The notes beneath the pieces are model-generated. The model made no database searches, was not told the DNA's origin, and worked only from the letters and a program-made list of their open reading frames with translations. This document shows, piece after piece, positions 50,301 through 62,652 of a DNA stretch of 64,000 nucleotides (within the stretch, counting starts at the first letter, position 1; each line of letters begins with the position of its first letter). The position numbers were made by a program, and so were the translations under genes. Source of the DNA: Saprolegnia diclina VS20. Taxonomy: Eukaryota. The stretch is from the NCBI RefSeq assembly GCF_000281045.1, contig NW_008246073.1, forward strand, positions 45,184 through 109,183, in the 5' to 3' direction.

Positions 50301-53300
50301 NNNNNNNNNNNNNNNNNNNNNNNNNNNNNNNNNNNNNNNNNNNNNNNNNNNNNNNNNNNNNNNNNNNNNNNNNNNNNNNNNNNNNNNNNNNNNNNNNNNN
50401 NNNNNNNNNNNTTGGTGACGACGAAGTTGTGACCGAGAGTGTTGGCGTCCATGCGCTGCCACCGACATTGGGCGATATCGCTTGCACCTGGACATTGTAC
50501 GTTGTACCAGGCGCCAAGAGCCCGATTTGCAGCCGTATATGCGTCGCGTTGATCGCACTAACGGCGTAACTTTGGCGATGGAGGCGACGGGCGTCGATAG
50601 AGACAGCGTAGAGCAGCTCTGCCGGGGACACACCACCCGTGTCGATTGGTGCGCCAACAAGAATCGAAGCCGCTCCCCCCGTCGTCTGAAGAATGCGTAG
50701 TGTCGACGGTGGCGACGGTGGCGAGACGTCCGAAGTCGCAAACGCTGCTGGTGGCGTCCATACTCCTCGACTAGCCGACGTCCGGGCAGCGACTTGAACA
50801 TGATACGACGTCTTGGGGAGCAACCCCGCAATACTTATGGCTGGCGCTGGCGTCGACAGCAACCGCGTAGTGTCACTGCAGACTACGAGGACGTCGTACG
50901 AGATGATGTCTGCGGTCGGCATGGGCGGTGTCCATGTCAGGTGCAGTGCGCCGCCACTGTTCTCGGTAGCAAGCACAGGCAAATTGCAGGGCCCGGGCAA
51001 ATGTACCGAGTGGGAAGAGTTGCCAAAAGCAACAGCATACAAGGCGTGCCAAACACACGAGCGGTTGATCGCTGCGGGCGCGGGTGCAGGCCGTTCGGCG
51101 ACTCTCCGTACCGCAGGTAGAAGCGGTAGTGGCGCAGTGGAAAACGTCACCTGCTTACTTTTGTGCGACGTCGCACCGCAGCGGATCGTAGCAACCACAG
51201 AAGCGCGATATGCCGTGTTGGGCTGCAGCCCACTGACGATCGCAGTTGTCGTCTCGGACGCCACTGTCTGAACGCTGCTGCTTCCCATGTCAGTGGTAGA
51301 AAGGACATGGACGAGGTAGCGGAGAAACCGATGGCCGCCGGTGTCTCCTGGTTGATCCCATCGCAAATGCACGCTGCTTGACGACGGTGTCTCAAGTAAA
51401 CCGAGGTGCCGTGGCGGCGTCGGTGTCGTGGCCGGCGATGTTGTGATCCGCAGGGACGGCGACAATTCGCTCCAACCCTACAACGTCAGCGACGTGAGAT
51501 AATTTCCTGGGCAGATGACGACGACCATGCGGTTTTGCGACTGGTACGCTACCGTGTACGTCATCTCGGGCCGTAAATTTGATATCTTTGCGATAGTTGA
51601 TGCCAGCGGCACATCAATGCGTGTGGTCCGCGCTTCCGAGGCCAAGCGAATTACAACTGCGTGCGCGAGTAGCGGGACACCACCCGTGTCGCTCGGTGGT
51701 GTCGTCGCAACCGTGATGCGCCCGCCCGACACGCGAAGTAGAGTTGGCGCCGACGTGGCCGCTGGGCGCGTCGCTGCGACGGTCTCGCACGTAATCAGTG
51801 TCGACGCACGTATGCGATTTGAGCGCACGCATTGCAGGGTGAACGTCATGGCGGTTGAGATCAACACGTTGTGCGAGACGACCATGGAATTTGTTGTCCA
51901 CGGCAGCTCGACACTGGTCGTCGGAGACGTGAGAACATACGTGCCTCCGCTTGCGTTCCTTGGCACCGACCATTTTAGAAGCAAACTACCGCCGGTGCGC
52001 GCTCGACACGTCACATTGGCAACGTCCATCTCGATGTTGTCGTGCGCCAGCGTGGACGCCATGATAAATGTCGACGCGACCAAGCGAGCACGGTTCACGG
52101 CGTGCACCGTGATGTTGTAGGTCGAGTTGGCCACGAGATTTGTGAGCTGCAACTGCATCGTGTCGGCAGAGACGTGCTCGGTGATCTCTGCGTCACTGCG
52201 TAATGCAGAGACGAGACAGCATCGCACAACGTAGGCATGGAGCGGTACGCCACCCGAGCTCAACGGGGCGCGCCACGTCACATTCAGTGTGGTCGACGAC
52301 GAGTCTGCAATCGCAAGGTCGCGAACCCTACTGGGCAAAGCCGGTGCCGGCGTCGAGAAGGCCACAATAGAGCTCCAACGAAGCGCGCAATCCGTGAGCT
52401 GTAGCGCGCTTCGAACGACATGGTTCGATTCCGCGTCGAGGTGGTGCAGCGCGATCTCTTGCGTGTGCGCATCAAACGTCTGTGTGTGCATCGTGCCATT
52501 ATGCGCCTGCAGCTGCACGAGCAGCGTGTGCGGTTGAGCCCCGTTGAGGTCGAGTGGAAACAGTACGCGGAGGCGAACCGTGCTGGCGAAGACGTGGAGA
52601 ATTCGCAACCGGGGGCGCGTCGCCGGGCAGCCTGCCAAAGCTGTGCGCACGGCAAAGGTGACACTCGACGTCGAATTGCGCGCCAGCATTTCATGCGCAA
52701 CCAGACGCCAAGTATACGTCGTACTGGGCTGGAGCCGGGTGTTGATCGCGTCACGTGTGACGAGGGCAGACGCAGTGTGCGCCGTGTACATCTGGCACCG
52801 CTCCCAGCGCCCGAGCCGCCACTGCTGCAGCTCGTACCCGATGCGCGCTCGCTGACAGAAGTCTATGGCACAAAGAATATATGAGACATGACCAACTCAT
52901 CAAGAGTGACGCAGACCTCTGTCGTCGTCTGGAAGGATGAGGCGAAACGCACCGCCGGTGACGTTGGCGATCCGGGGAGCCGATAGCAATGCGCAGTTGT
53001 GTGACGCAGGCGCCGTCCTGGCTTTTGGGTACTGGCTCATCGCACAGGTGGGTGCCGTGTAGCTCCACGCGGAGCAGGTTTGCAGCGCGACACAGGCGCG
53101 GGAGCAGCGCAGTGCCGACGTTTCGAGCATCGCTATTCGATCACCGAAGCTGTCGACTACACAGATCAGTTGTGAGGTCACTGGACGCAGACGACGACAA
53201 TACGTGGTGGGGGCTGGTGCAGCGTGATCGGTGTGTCATGCAGCAAGTGGTCGTAAATGTACGTGGTTGGACTTGGTAAAATGCCAAGAACGACGTTGGC

Positions 53301-53855
53301 CATGGACCTAGCATCTCATTTAACCCTCCGATGCACATGAAGAGGTACGTACAGCCTCCACGAGCGTCGATGGAACGCCACGGTCAGCGGTGCCCGACCC
53401 TGCAGCAGCGCTGGCACCAAGATTGCCGCCGTCCACGCTGGTGCAGCGTCAACATATATAAACGTAGCACCAAGCGTGATGGTGAGGTCGCTCGCAGCGG
53501 GGCTCGAGAGAACAACTGTGCCGTTCGCTCTCTCGCCAATGCCGATGGTCAGCACCGTGCCGACATCCAGCGAATGCTGCAGCGCAACCTTATGCACCGT
53601 CGGACGCAAGCTCGAGACGCGACCACAAAACACCGAGCCGTTCCGAGCCAAGCAGTCGCAATGGCTCTTGCTGCATGATGCAACGCACGCTGCCGGCGAC
53701 GTCTCGTCGGACACTCGAGAATTGCTCCAAGTCGCGTCGCCAACGATCTCGGCAAACGTGCTGCAGACAGCGCAACCGAGCAATGCGTCATAGCACGAGG
53801 CAAAGCCTGCACCGGACGCGAGGCGTGCAATGGCCACGAGGAGGACCCACCACAT
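41360..53855 (-). CDS. Giant cell-surface protein: signal peptide, FN3 repeats, CUB, EGF, Pmp-like beta-helix, Cys-rich repeats and multipass (about 7 TM) C-terminus
   Basis: Chain of same-strand ORFs joined by short GT-AG introns. P.DTGG..Y.V..L.P.T.Y FN3 repeats, TDDSIQLSG CUB-like, CDCRPRFSGEGC EGF, dozens of N.A..GGG/GGA repeats, CPSGQYS..C.SCPPGAVC and KAKILTGFFQI plus TM helices. Interrupted by a gap. Confidence 0.8.
50158..50411. other. Assembly gap (254 N) inside the giant gene
   Basis: Run of N. Confidence 1.
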
Positions 53856-54182
53856 TTGCCGGACGACGCGCGCGGGACAAGATACGGGGCTCAAATTTGG
53901 AAGAATAAGAACCGGCGCCACGGCGCAATCTGTCGTACCATTTCAAAACCGCCTTCTGCTCTGTGCACGAGACTAGAAAAGACCGCCGGTACTAGTGATA
54001 GCGCGAACACACTTGTAGGACCTCGTGAGCACATTGATGTCTTCGTGCAGGACCGAATTTTGCTGCGTTATTGTGCGCGCCGCGTCATCATGCGCGGATT
54101 GGTTGAAATGCCGCGTACCTTCATTTTTGAACCAATCACATCGCTTCAAGTAGAAAGGGCAACTTCAGTTTGCCGTTTGCAG

Positions 54183-55016
54183 ATGACCGACGACTTTGAT
54201 GTGGCCGCGATCGGCCTCAACGTGGCGTTCCAGCTCGCGTGGATGACGCTCATGTATCTCATCAGCATGGCGCGTACGAACGGCTCGATGGTCGACTTTG
54301 GCTGGCCGTCCGGCTTCACGGCCATGGCTGGCATGTACTACCTCTACGGTCCCGGCATCCATGTGCATCGCGCGCTTCTCTCGGCGCTCTACGTATTCTG
54401 TGGCGTCCGCTTCATGTGCGGCTGGGTCTTGCGTGGGCATCTTACGCGCGAGGACCACCGGTGGGACCATTGGCGGGCCCACTGGCGGACGCACGGCGGC
54501 TTCTTTGGCTCGCGTTCCGTGGCCGTCAACTTTTTCTGCTTTTACCACTGCCAGTCGCTGACCAACATCGTCTTCATGTCGGTCCCGTTGCACGTGGCGG
54601 CTACCAACGCATCGCCCGAGCTCTCGACCTTGGAACTCGTCGGCCTTTGGCTCTGGGTCGCGGGCTTTCTCATTGAAAACATCGCCGACCACCAGCTCGA
54701 CCAGTGGAAGCAGCGCAAGCTTCAAGGCGGCGTCATGCGCGAAGGCCTCTGGCGCTTCAGTCGCCATCCCAACTACTTTGGCGAGCTCCTCCTCTGGGTC
54801 GCGTACGCTGTGATGGCTTGGCCTGCCGCGAGAAGCGTGTGGACGCAGACACTACTGCTCTTGCTGCCGTGCGTCGCGTACTACTACCTCGTCTACTTCA
54901 CCGGCGCATGGATGGCCGAGCAAGTGTCCCTCAAGAAGCGCGGCGCGCCATACGCTCAGTACCAAGCCGAGACATCGATGCTACTTCCGTGGTTCCCCAA
55001 GACGCATCGTGGCTAA
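54183..55016 (+). CDS. DUF1295 / steroid 5-alpha-reductase-like membrane protein
   Basis: NGSMVDFGW, EDHRW, IENIADHQL, GLWRFSRHPNYFGE and YAQYQAETSMLLPW. Confidence 0.9.
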   Translation: MTDDFDVAAIGLNVAFQLAWMTLMYLISMARTNGSMVDFGWPSGFTAMAGMYYLYGPGIHVHRALLSALYVFCGVRFMCGWVLRGHLTREDHRWDHWRAHWRTHGGFFGSRSVAVNFFCFYHCQSLTNIVFMSVPLHVAATNASPELSTLELVGLWLWVAGFLIENIADHQLDQWKQRKLQGGVMREGLWRFSRHPNYFGELLLWVAYAVMAWPAARSVWTQTLLLLLPCVAYYYLVYFTGAWMAEQVSLKKRGAPYAQYQAETSMLLPWFPKTHRG

Positions 55017-55283
55017 GCCATTGAATGACTTTGCTTTGCATCTTGCCCAAACAGGTAAAGTCGGCGGCAGATTGACATCTTGGGGTGGCGCAGCTGTCGA
55101 TACTGCAACACAGCTTGGGCGGTTGACCAGCATGAAGGCAAAAGAGTAGCAAGTCGTGTCTGCGACCGCTGTGATACGGAGGCGACAAGCTTGGACGTAG
55201 GCTTTGCATCGACTTGCAGTTGATTTTGGCAAATTAGCTGAAAGTTAGAGCATACAGCAGCGCGACGTCGCGTGCACAGGTGT

Positions 55284-56290
55284 TTACTCGTCGTCGTCGG
55301 CCATTTCATCGGCCTGGATCGACTGGAGAGCCCACGCGGTCGCCTCGTCGCGGATGTTGTCCGGGACCAACTGGTGCTGCCACTTGGACTCTTCGCAGAG
55401 CCAGCTGAGCTCGAGTTCGAACGGGTGCTTGACCTCGTCGTGGAGCACATTCAGGCTACGTGGTCGTGAGCACCCGAGCATCGAAGAATGTGATGTCACG
55501 TACATCTTGGCAATGTACTTGATGGCCTCGCGACACGTCATGTCAAAGATCTTGTACTTTTCGATTTCTGTCTTGGCGGCCTGCTCGCCCTTGCCCATGG
55601 CGCAACCGCGGAAGCGCTACGAAATCCATAGCATCCTCATCTGTCCATGGAGCATAGAGGTAGCACGTACGTAAGAGACACCCGAGGGCTCGATGACGTT
55701 CAAGTAGCACTTGCCCGTGTCCACGTCGCGGCCCGCGAGCATGATCGACGTGCCGAACGGGCGCACCGAGCCGTACAGCGTGAAATAGTGCACGTACTGG
55801 CTCATGCGGTCGGCAAGGACCTGCGGCGGGATCGGGCTACCATAGTTCTTCTTGTAGCTCGACGCTTCTTCGCGCGCGCGGTTCACAAGCTGGCGGCCGT
55901 CCGCGACGAGGCCGGCCATGGCCTAAGTCACGTTCAATATCTCGACATATCGGTGGCCGTCGTGGACGTACCAAGCCAACATGGCGGTCGATCGCATGGA
56001 CACGGCGGTGCGTGCCAGGCACAAGCATCTTGGAAAGCAAGATCTTCTCAACGCCCATGACCACGCCGTCCGTGCAGTGGATGCCAATGGCGGTGCTACG
56101 TATCGCGCCATGAGAGACCGCATGGCCGCTTTCTGGTCGCCGTACCCGCTGCTCTCGACGGCCTTCTTGGCGTACTCGACTTGGAAGATGCGGCCATCAG
56201 GCGAGAAGGTCCCGACGGACAAATCGTACTACATGGACGTTAGGAGCGATCGTCGGGCGGCGGCCTTACCCCTGCACCGGTGCTGCTCAT
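55284..56290 (-). CDS. PSMA3: 20S proteasome subunit alpha 7
   Basis: MSSTGAG / [53 protein letters not shown] and FELELSW. Confidence 0.96.
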
Positions 56291-57123
56291 CTACGCAGGC
56301 CCAGAGGTCAGTCTCTCGTGCGCGCATGCATGCGGAGGTCATGTACCTTTGATCTCTTGGCGGCTTGTTACGGACTAGCGGCGAGGGGATCTTTCCTCCT
56401 CTCGAGCACGTCGGCAAATTTGTTCTAACCCCACAAGAGGGCCCCTGATACCGCAAGGCCATTGGTCAAAATCCAAGGATCTCATTACGTTTGATTGGCT
56501 GAAATCCAAGAAAACATTGGATTTCACGCACCTTGGTCAACCTTTGTGGCTTGAAACACCCAACACAGATCCAACCGAGCGACGCCATTTCTGTGATGGT
56601 CGGAGCTCGTTCGTGCGTGGGACCGAATGGTATGTCCGCAGCTCTCTATACACATGTTGTTAGATCGTCATTTCTGATGATCCCCGCGAATCTTGTGCCA
56701 TGGTCGCGCTCCAGTAGAACGAAAATAGGGTGATTTTAGACCATAGACATGTATCGAGCGACTACTTGGCGCGGCCGACGATAAAGTGGTCCGTTCTCCA
56801 TCTCCATAGATCTCTACCGATGGACCTGGGACTTACCTTGTAGCTCGAAACGTACCATAACTATTCCTCTAGAAGGCTTCGATAGTTAGTCAGTCAGTTA
56901 GTTGTTCGATCGTTGTCGCTCTTGTTCGCAAAACGAGGCGCCGCTTCAACTCTGCGCACTCTTGGATCTTGGCGCCGATACGCTGCAATGGCCTTTCTCG
57001 ACGCGTGGGTCGTGGACAAGACAATGTTTGAGTACGTGAGCAAAGTACGTCGCCTTTGGTCTCTGTCGTAGCATATATCTGCGTGTCTAGGGCGGCTGCT
57101 CGTGCTGCGGCATTGCCTCGGCC

Positions 57124-58084
57124 ATGATCAACTTTGCGGCACTGGACGCCCCGTGCTCCGACTGGGGTATCTTCCATCTTGCTGCCATTCGATCGTCAAT
57201 ATGACGTGTCTATAGAGACGGACGACGAAGACCGCGAAATGTTCTCGCCATGGCCGACGTTCATCCACGAAGACGTGCAGAAGCAGCGCGTCATGATCCG
57301 GCACCGCCTCAAGCAGCACGTGCATGCGTACGCGACATTTTGGGCCGAACACGGCGCCGCCTTTTCGACGTGGTGGACCGAGCAAACGGCCGCGACCAAG
57401 TTTCGGTACATTGGCAGCGAGCTATCTCCGCTCAGTGTCCCACAAACTAGATTGTTTCAGCTTCCAGAAGCCGACGTCACGACCTACGTGCACTCGCACG
57501 CGGACGTCCATGGACCCTACGGCATCGTACAAGCGCTTTGTCGATGCGATATCGTGATCGTAGTGGTCTAGGTGCTAGCAACCGTCACGGAGCAAATCAA
57601 GCATTTCGCAGGGACGGGGTACGTCGATGGACGCACGGCGGCCGAGGTCGCCTTGGAGCGCCATCTGCAGGTAAACTGCAGCGATTTGCGTCATTTTCAT
57701 CGCTTGTAGTTTGAAAAAGGCGCGTTTACACTTACGCCCAGCTACTTGGAGCTACCGGCGGACGCGCCAAATGGGTTTTGTGCGCTTTTGCAGCATTTTC
57801 TCTCGGGCCCTCGCCTCTTGCCGTCGTCGATTGAAGAGACACATGGTACTTGGCTTGATCGTAAAACCTCTCATGGGGATGTGCAGGCGACAACAACAAC
57901 AGCGTTGCGACGAGCCGCGCACCCGACGCCGTCCAAGTACCCCTACCCCTTGACATACGACGTGTTATTTCGGTGCTAGAGCTTTCGTTCGGACCGCCGT
58001 GTGGTCCGGCTCGTCCTTGCACGACTCTTTGCGGACGTGGTCATTGCCAAGTTCAAGCGCAGTCGGTCGGATACAGCAACTTGA
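57124..58084 (+). CDS. Hypothetical protein, multi-exon
   Basis: Coding-like exons linked by GT-AG introns: MINFAALDAPCSDW/ETDDEDREMF... to ...SFRSDRRVVRLVLARLFAD..., stop at 58082-58084. Confidence 0.6.
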
Positions 58085-58150
58085 TGATATTCATATATGT
58101 GCACCGCACAATGCCCATACTAAGATACTAAGCGATGGTATATTCGACGC

Positions 58151-59779
58151 TCATGCCTCGGCCTTGACGCCTTCGGCCTTGACGCCTTCGGCTTTGACGC
58201 CTTCGGCCTTGACGCCTTCGGCCTTGACGCCTTCGGTCTTGACGGTGGATTGGACCTTCCGGCTCTCTTCGAAGAAGGCATTCGGGTGGTTGCCCACGGC
58301 GTCGGCGTTGCCGTGCGGAAAGAGCACTTCAAAGTGGCGGCGGCAAGCGACTTGGTAATTTTTGTTTTTCGCAAGCTGCACGATCGCCTCCTTCTCGACT
58401 TCGTTGATTCCGCGGAGACTGGCCCGCAAGTGGTATTCATCAAAGTGCCGGAATGGGCAGCCTAATGCCCGCATGCTGTCATCCACGTTGCGCCAATGAG
58501 CGTCGTACCGTGGTAGTCGCCGGCTTTCGGAGGGTCGGACGTGATGATCTTCATGCAGTTGTACGGCGTGTAGTCCTTGCGCTTGCCTTCCTTGCCGTAG
58601 TTGTGCCGGATGTTGTATGCGTACTTCTTGTTGAAGTCGTCGACATTCATCTTCTTGCAGAAGATCGTGCGCCAGAACGTGATCGCATCGTCCATTTGGA
58701 GGCCAATGCCCTTGAGGAAGAGGCCATATTGCATGCGCCCGCCGTGCTTGAGGTGGTGCTGCGTCTTGAGCGCTTGGTGGAGCGACTTCATGCACAGTGG
58801 CATCGACGTCGCAGCGAGGCCGTCAATCATATCCGGCGTGATGGCGTTTCCGGACGCGACCGGCGCCGACCCATAGTCGGGCCCAATGTGGTGCTTGGCG
58901 AGGTTCTTGAGCACGGGCATGAGCCGGTCGTCGCGCGCCGCGGCCGACCCGTTGAACTTACGAAAGGCCACGGCGAGGTGCTTGGAGAGCTACGTGGCAA
59001 GTTAGCACATCGGAATCGAAAGGCGACGTGTACCGTGGATCGAAACCGAGCAAACAAGATCGTGACCAAGTGCTCGAACGGAACGTAGGCCGTACCGGCC
59101 TTGAGAAACACCTTGCGTTGGCCAATCTAGCGCGAGCGTGTGAGATGCTGCAACCATGAGGAAGAACGGTACGAGATCGATGGCTTCGGTGAAGGGCACC
59201 TTGACGTACACCTCTGGCACGTTGTATCCTTCCTTGATGCTGGCAGCACTGGCGCGGTGCACGGCGGTAAGCTGGGGCTTGAGCGCAGCCATCTCGACGG
59301 CCTCGACCTAATATGACAGCACATGTACAATGGTGATGGTGGCACCAGCAACATGGACGTACTTGGTCGTAGAGGAGGCCATGACTCTTCATAAAGTGCA
59401 TTTTCTCGTCGCGCGAGGCCATATCGAGGCGCAACTTGAAGAGCATGGATTCCTGCGCGAGGAACCACCGCCGCAGCTCCTCCGTGTGGCAAAACGCCAT
59501 GCGCAAAATGAAGTGCGACAGCTCGTCCTTTACGCGGTCCTCGTCCGTGCGAATCGGCAAGTAGCGGTGCATGGCCTTCTCGAGCTTGGCATCGTCGCGC
59601 CCGCGCAGCCGCTGCATCTCGATCGTCTTGAGCATCTGGAGGCGGTCGATCGAGTAGGCCTCGAACTGCTCCAGCGTCACCCCGCTCTGCGGCGGCTCCG
59701 TGTACATGGAGAGCGCCACGCGCTGCAAGGTCTTCCGTGGCTGCGCCCGGGCGCCGGCTGTGTTGCCGACGTTCAGCAT
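58151..59779 (-). CDS. PRIM2: DNA primase large subunit
   Basis: DELSHFILRMAFC..ELRRWF..E, MPLCM..LH..HHLKHGGRMQYGLFLKGIG, YNIRHNYGKEGKR.DY.PYNC, GCPF and HPN.FF. Confidence 0.96.
58157..58243 (-). repeat. 15-bp tandem repeat encoding (GVKAE)n at the primase C-terminus
   Basis: GCCTTCGGCCTTGAC repeated about 6 times. Confidence 0.95.
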
Positions 59780-60139
59780 CTTCCGGCTGCGGCGACTTGG
59801 TGGTAAATGGAGCGAAAACCGCCGGGCTTGGCGGCAATTTCACAAATCCACCGCCTCTTTAGTGGAACTGGCGCTGAATGTTCTTGTAGCGAGGGGCACG
59901 GGCGGTCACGGTGTTAGCTACCAGCACGCCACTTTATATACAAACCTTATGGAAAGTAAAGCCATCTAGGCTTTACGATTGCGTGTTTTTAGCTGCTGTG
60001 CATTTGCCAAATATTGCATTTGACACGCAACCCAAGCTAACCCAAGCATGAGCACGAAAGCCGAGCTCGTGGGGCGGTGACATCGCTACAAGGCAGCGAC
60101 CGACGACTTCCAAGGATACGCTCGCCGTCACGACAAAAG

Positions 60140-60995
60140 ATGCGGCGTTTCCTTCCAACTTTGAGCGCGCGCTGGTGGCTGAGTCCGTATCTGCCCGGCC
60201 AAATCCTCCTCACGAGCGCGTGCTTCTACGGTCGTCACACTGGCGACCTGCTGCTCTTCGACGCCGGTCACGACCGGCTTGCACTACACGTGTACAATGC
60301 TCTTCGCGCCGGTGGCTACATGGTGCCCATGGAAGGGCTTGACCGGGCGCTTGATTTTGTGGCCAAGTGCAAGTGCTTGTGGCCGACGGGTATCCCAACA
60401 GCAGCACATGGGTCGTTCGTCACGTCCTACGATCTCTCGTGCGGCTCCGCCATCCGCGACGTGGCCACTGCAGCCATGAAGACGTTGCCCGACCATGTGT
60501 CCGAGGCGGTTGCAGCCTTCCATGCCCACCACGAGAAGCGCGATCGGCGCAGCAACCTTCAAAAGGCGCAAGGAAAACCCACGACGTCGACGCGCAAGCG
60601 TACGGCCATGGCGCTCACTGAGCTCAGTTGCGCGTGGCAGTACATGATTGGCGCTGAGCCGCTGCCTTGGCGCAAAGGTTCGAGCCTACCCGACATGGTG
60701 ACGCTCCGACGTGTGGTCGACGACGAGTGGCACCGGTTTCTCCATCTCGACTTGATCGCGGTGGATCGCATCTTGATCGACGTAGCCATCGCTATCATGT
60801 CGGCGACGGCACCGCGTCTGACGTTACCTGCCCGAGGCGACAGATCCGCTCGAGGTCTATCAGCAAGGCGCGCGGCTCCTTTTGGGGTGGTCCGATTTCC
60901 GCGTCGAAAATGCCGTACTCGATGCCGTTGTGAAGGTCCTTGTCGCGGCCGAGACCAAGGGTCGCGACGCTGTTCTCATGCCCAAAGCGCCATAG
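60140..60995 (+). pseudogene. Probable frameshifted gene of unknown family
   Basis: Protein-like ORF to about 60820, then a plausible helical continuation in another frame (YLPEATDPLEVYQQGARLLLGW...LMPKAP*). No evident intron at the junction. Confidence 0.5.
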
Positions 60996-61350
60996 AAGAG
61001 TATATAACCATAGACTTCAAACGTATACTTTGGCGGTGCTATCGGTCCAGTTTTCCATCCGATCGCATATTCAGCAGATCATTCGTCAAAGTTAAAGGCA
61101 TTGCGATCTCTGTGAGCTGGCGCTAAAACCTCCAAGGAACGGTTCGTAGCAACGACGATAGGGGCGCCAACCTCCGTGCAGTGGCCCGCCTATCTGGCGA
61201 CGTTGCTGTCCCGTGAATTGAACACTCGTCGCCCTCGCAACGGAAGCCGATGTTTCGGCTTCCGTAGTTCCTACCTCTCGTAAGCGTTCCAGCGCCAGAC
61301 AATACTGTTTCGTCTATCAAATACCAGCGTGTTGTTGCTCCATGAAGGAT

Positions 61351-62628
61351 TTACTGCGTCTTCTTGGCCTTCTTCTTCTTGGCCGACGGCGTCGTCACGG
61401 GCTCGGGCGTCTTGGGCGCCTTGGCCTTGGGCGCCGATTCATTGTTCGTTGGCGCCTTGGTCTTGGCCTTCGTGGGCTTGGTCGGCGCCGTCACAACGGG
61501 CGTCGCGACTTCGCGGGTCGTCTTAGGCTTGCGACCGACGAGACCGCAGCAGCCGCAGCACGTAACAAGGTACAACACCGTCGAGAGAACGAAAAACACG
61601 GTCGACACTGCGAGGCGAAGCAGCGCGATCGCGATCGGGATGCTCAACAGCACGATCGTCGTGTCGACAATCTTGGTCGCGTACGGTGCAAGGCGCGGGT
61701 TCGACTTGAAAAACGCAACCGCGTGCTTGCGCGAGCGCTTGTACACGTCGTGGCTGCGCTTGGCGAGCACGCGAGCCTCGTCCTGGACGCGCACCAAGTG
61801 TTGCTTGGCGATCGGCACCTGCACGTCCAAGATGGGCTGCACCGTCGCGTGGAGCTGGTCGAGGAGCGGGTCAACCGTCGCCGCCGCGTGCGTCGTGTAG
61901 AGCTCCTGGACCGTCTTGGCGGCCACGGCTGAGTGCGCGACGGCTTCGTCCGCCCACGGCGCCAAGTGAATCGCGTAGAGCTCGTTCACCTTGGACGACG
62001 CCAGCGTCACATACCGGTCCGAGTCTTCATACGTCTGCGTCGTGAACGTCACCGCGTTGTCATAGTACGTCGAGATCATGGCCTGGAGCGAGAGACCACC
62101 TTCGGCCGAGCGCTTGATAACATCCTGGAGCGACTCGATTTCCTTGGAAGCGGTCGTGAGGTTGGCCTGGAGTGTCTTGACTTGCGTGAGCGCGTCCTTG
62201 GAGGCCGCAAGCTCCGCCTGGAGGCCTTCAATGCGGCGTTGGTGCGCAGCGTTGTCCGCTTCCAGCTTCTTGAGCTTGTCGCTGAGCGCCTGCTTGTCCT
62301 GGGCCAGCGTCGAGACTTCGGCCTGGAGCTCCGTCGAGACATCGGCCGCCTGCAGCTGGGCGATGGTCGCAACAAGCGCATCCTTCTCCGACGTGATGGC
62401 CGCAAGCTCGTTGACAGCCGAGCTAAGCTGGGTCTGGAGACCCGAGACGGCCGATGCTTCTTCCTGGAACTTGGTCTGCACCGTCACGAGGTCGGCCTTG
62501 TGCTGCGCCTCGGTGGCCTGGAGCGACGCCACCTCCTTCTGGAGCGAGGCCACTTGGGCGTCTTGGGGCGCGCAGTCCTGCGCGAGGGCAACGGCGGCGA
62601 GCGACAGCAGCGGCAGGAGGTTGACCAT
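61351..62628 (-). CDS. Signal-peptide coiled-coil membrane protein with C-terminal KKxx
   Basis: MVNLLPLLSLAAVALA, long heptad region, hydrophobic C-terminal segment with CCGCC, and terminal KKTQ. Confidence 0.85.
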   Translation of the reverse strand: MVNLLPLLSLAAVALAQDCAPQDAQVASLQKEVASLQATEAQHKADLVTVQTKFQEEASAVSGLQTQLSSAVNELAAITSEKDALVATIAQLQAADVSTELQAEVSTLAQDKQALSDKLKKLEADNAAHQRRIEGLQAELAASKDALTQVKTLQANLTTASKEIESLQDVIKRSAEGGLSLQAMISTYYDNAVTFTTQTYEDSDRYVTLASSKVNELYAIHLAPWADEAVAHSAVAAKTVQELYTTHAAATVDPLLDQLHATVQPILDVQVPIAKQHLVRVQDEARVLAKRSHDVYKRSRKHAVAFFKSNPRLAPYATKIVDTTIVLLSIPIAIALLRLAVSTVFFVLSTVLYLVTCCGCCGLVGRKPKTTREVATPVVTAPTKPTKAKTKAPTNNESAPKAKAPKTPEPVTTPSAKKKKAKKTQ

Positions 62629-62633
62629 CGTGA

Positions 62634-62652
62634 GTGCGAAAGCAAAATGACC
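62634..62652 (-). promoter_or_regulatory. Oomycete INR/FPR-like core promoter motif
   Basis: Minus strand GGTCATTTTGCTTTCGCA just upstream of the ATG at 62628. A CCAAT box (GATTGG on +) lies at about 62822. Confidence 0.4.
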
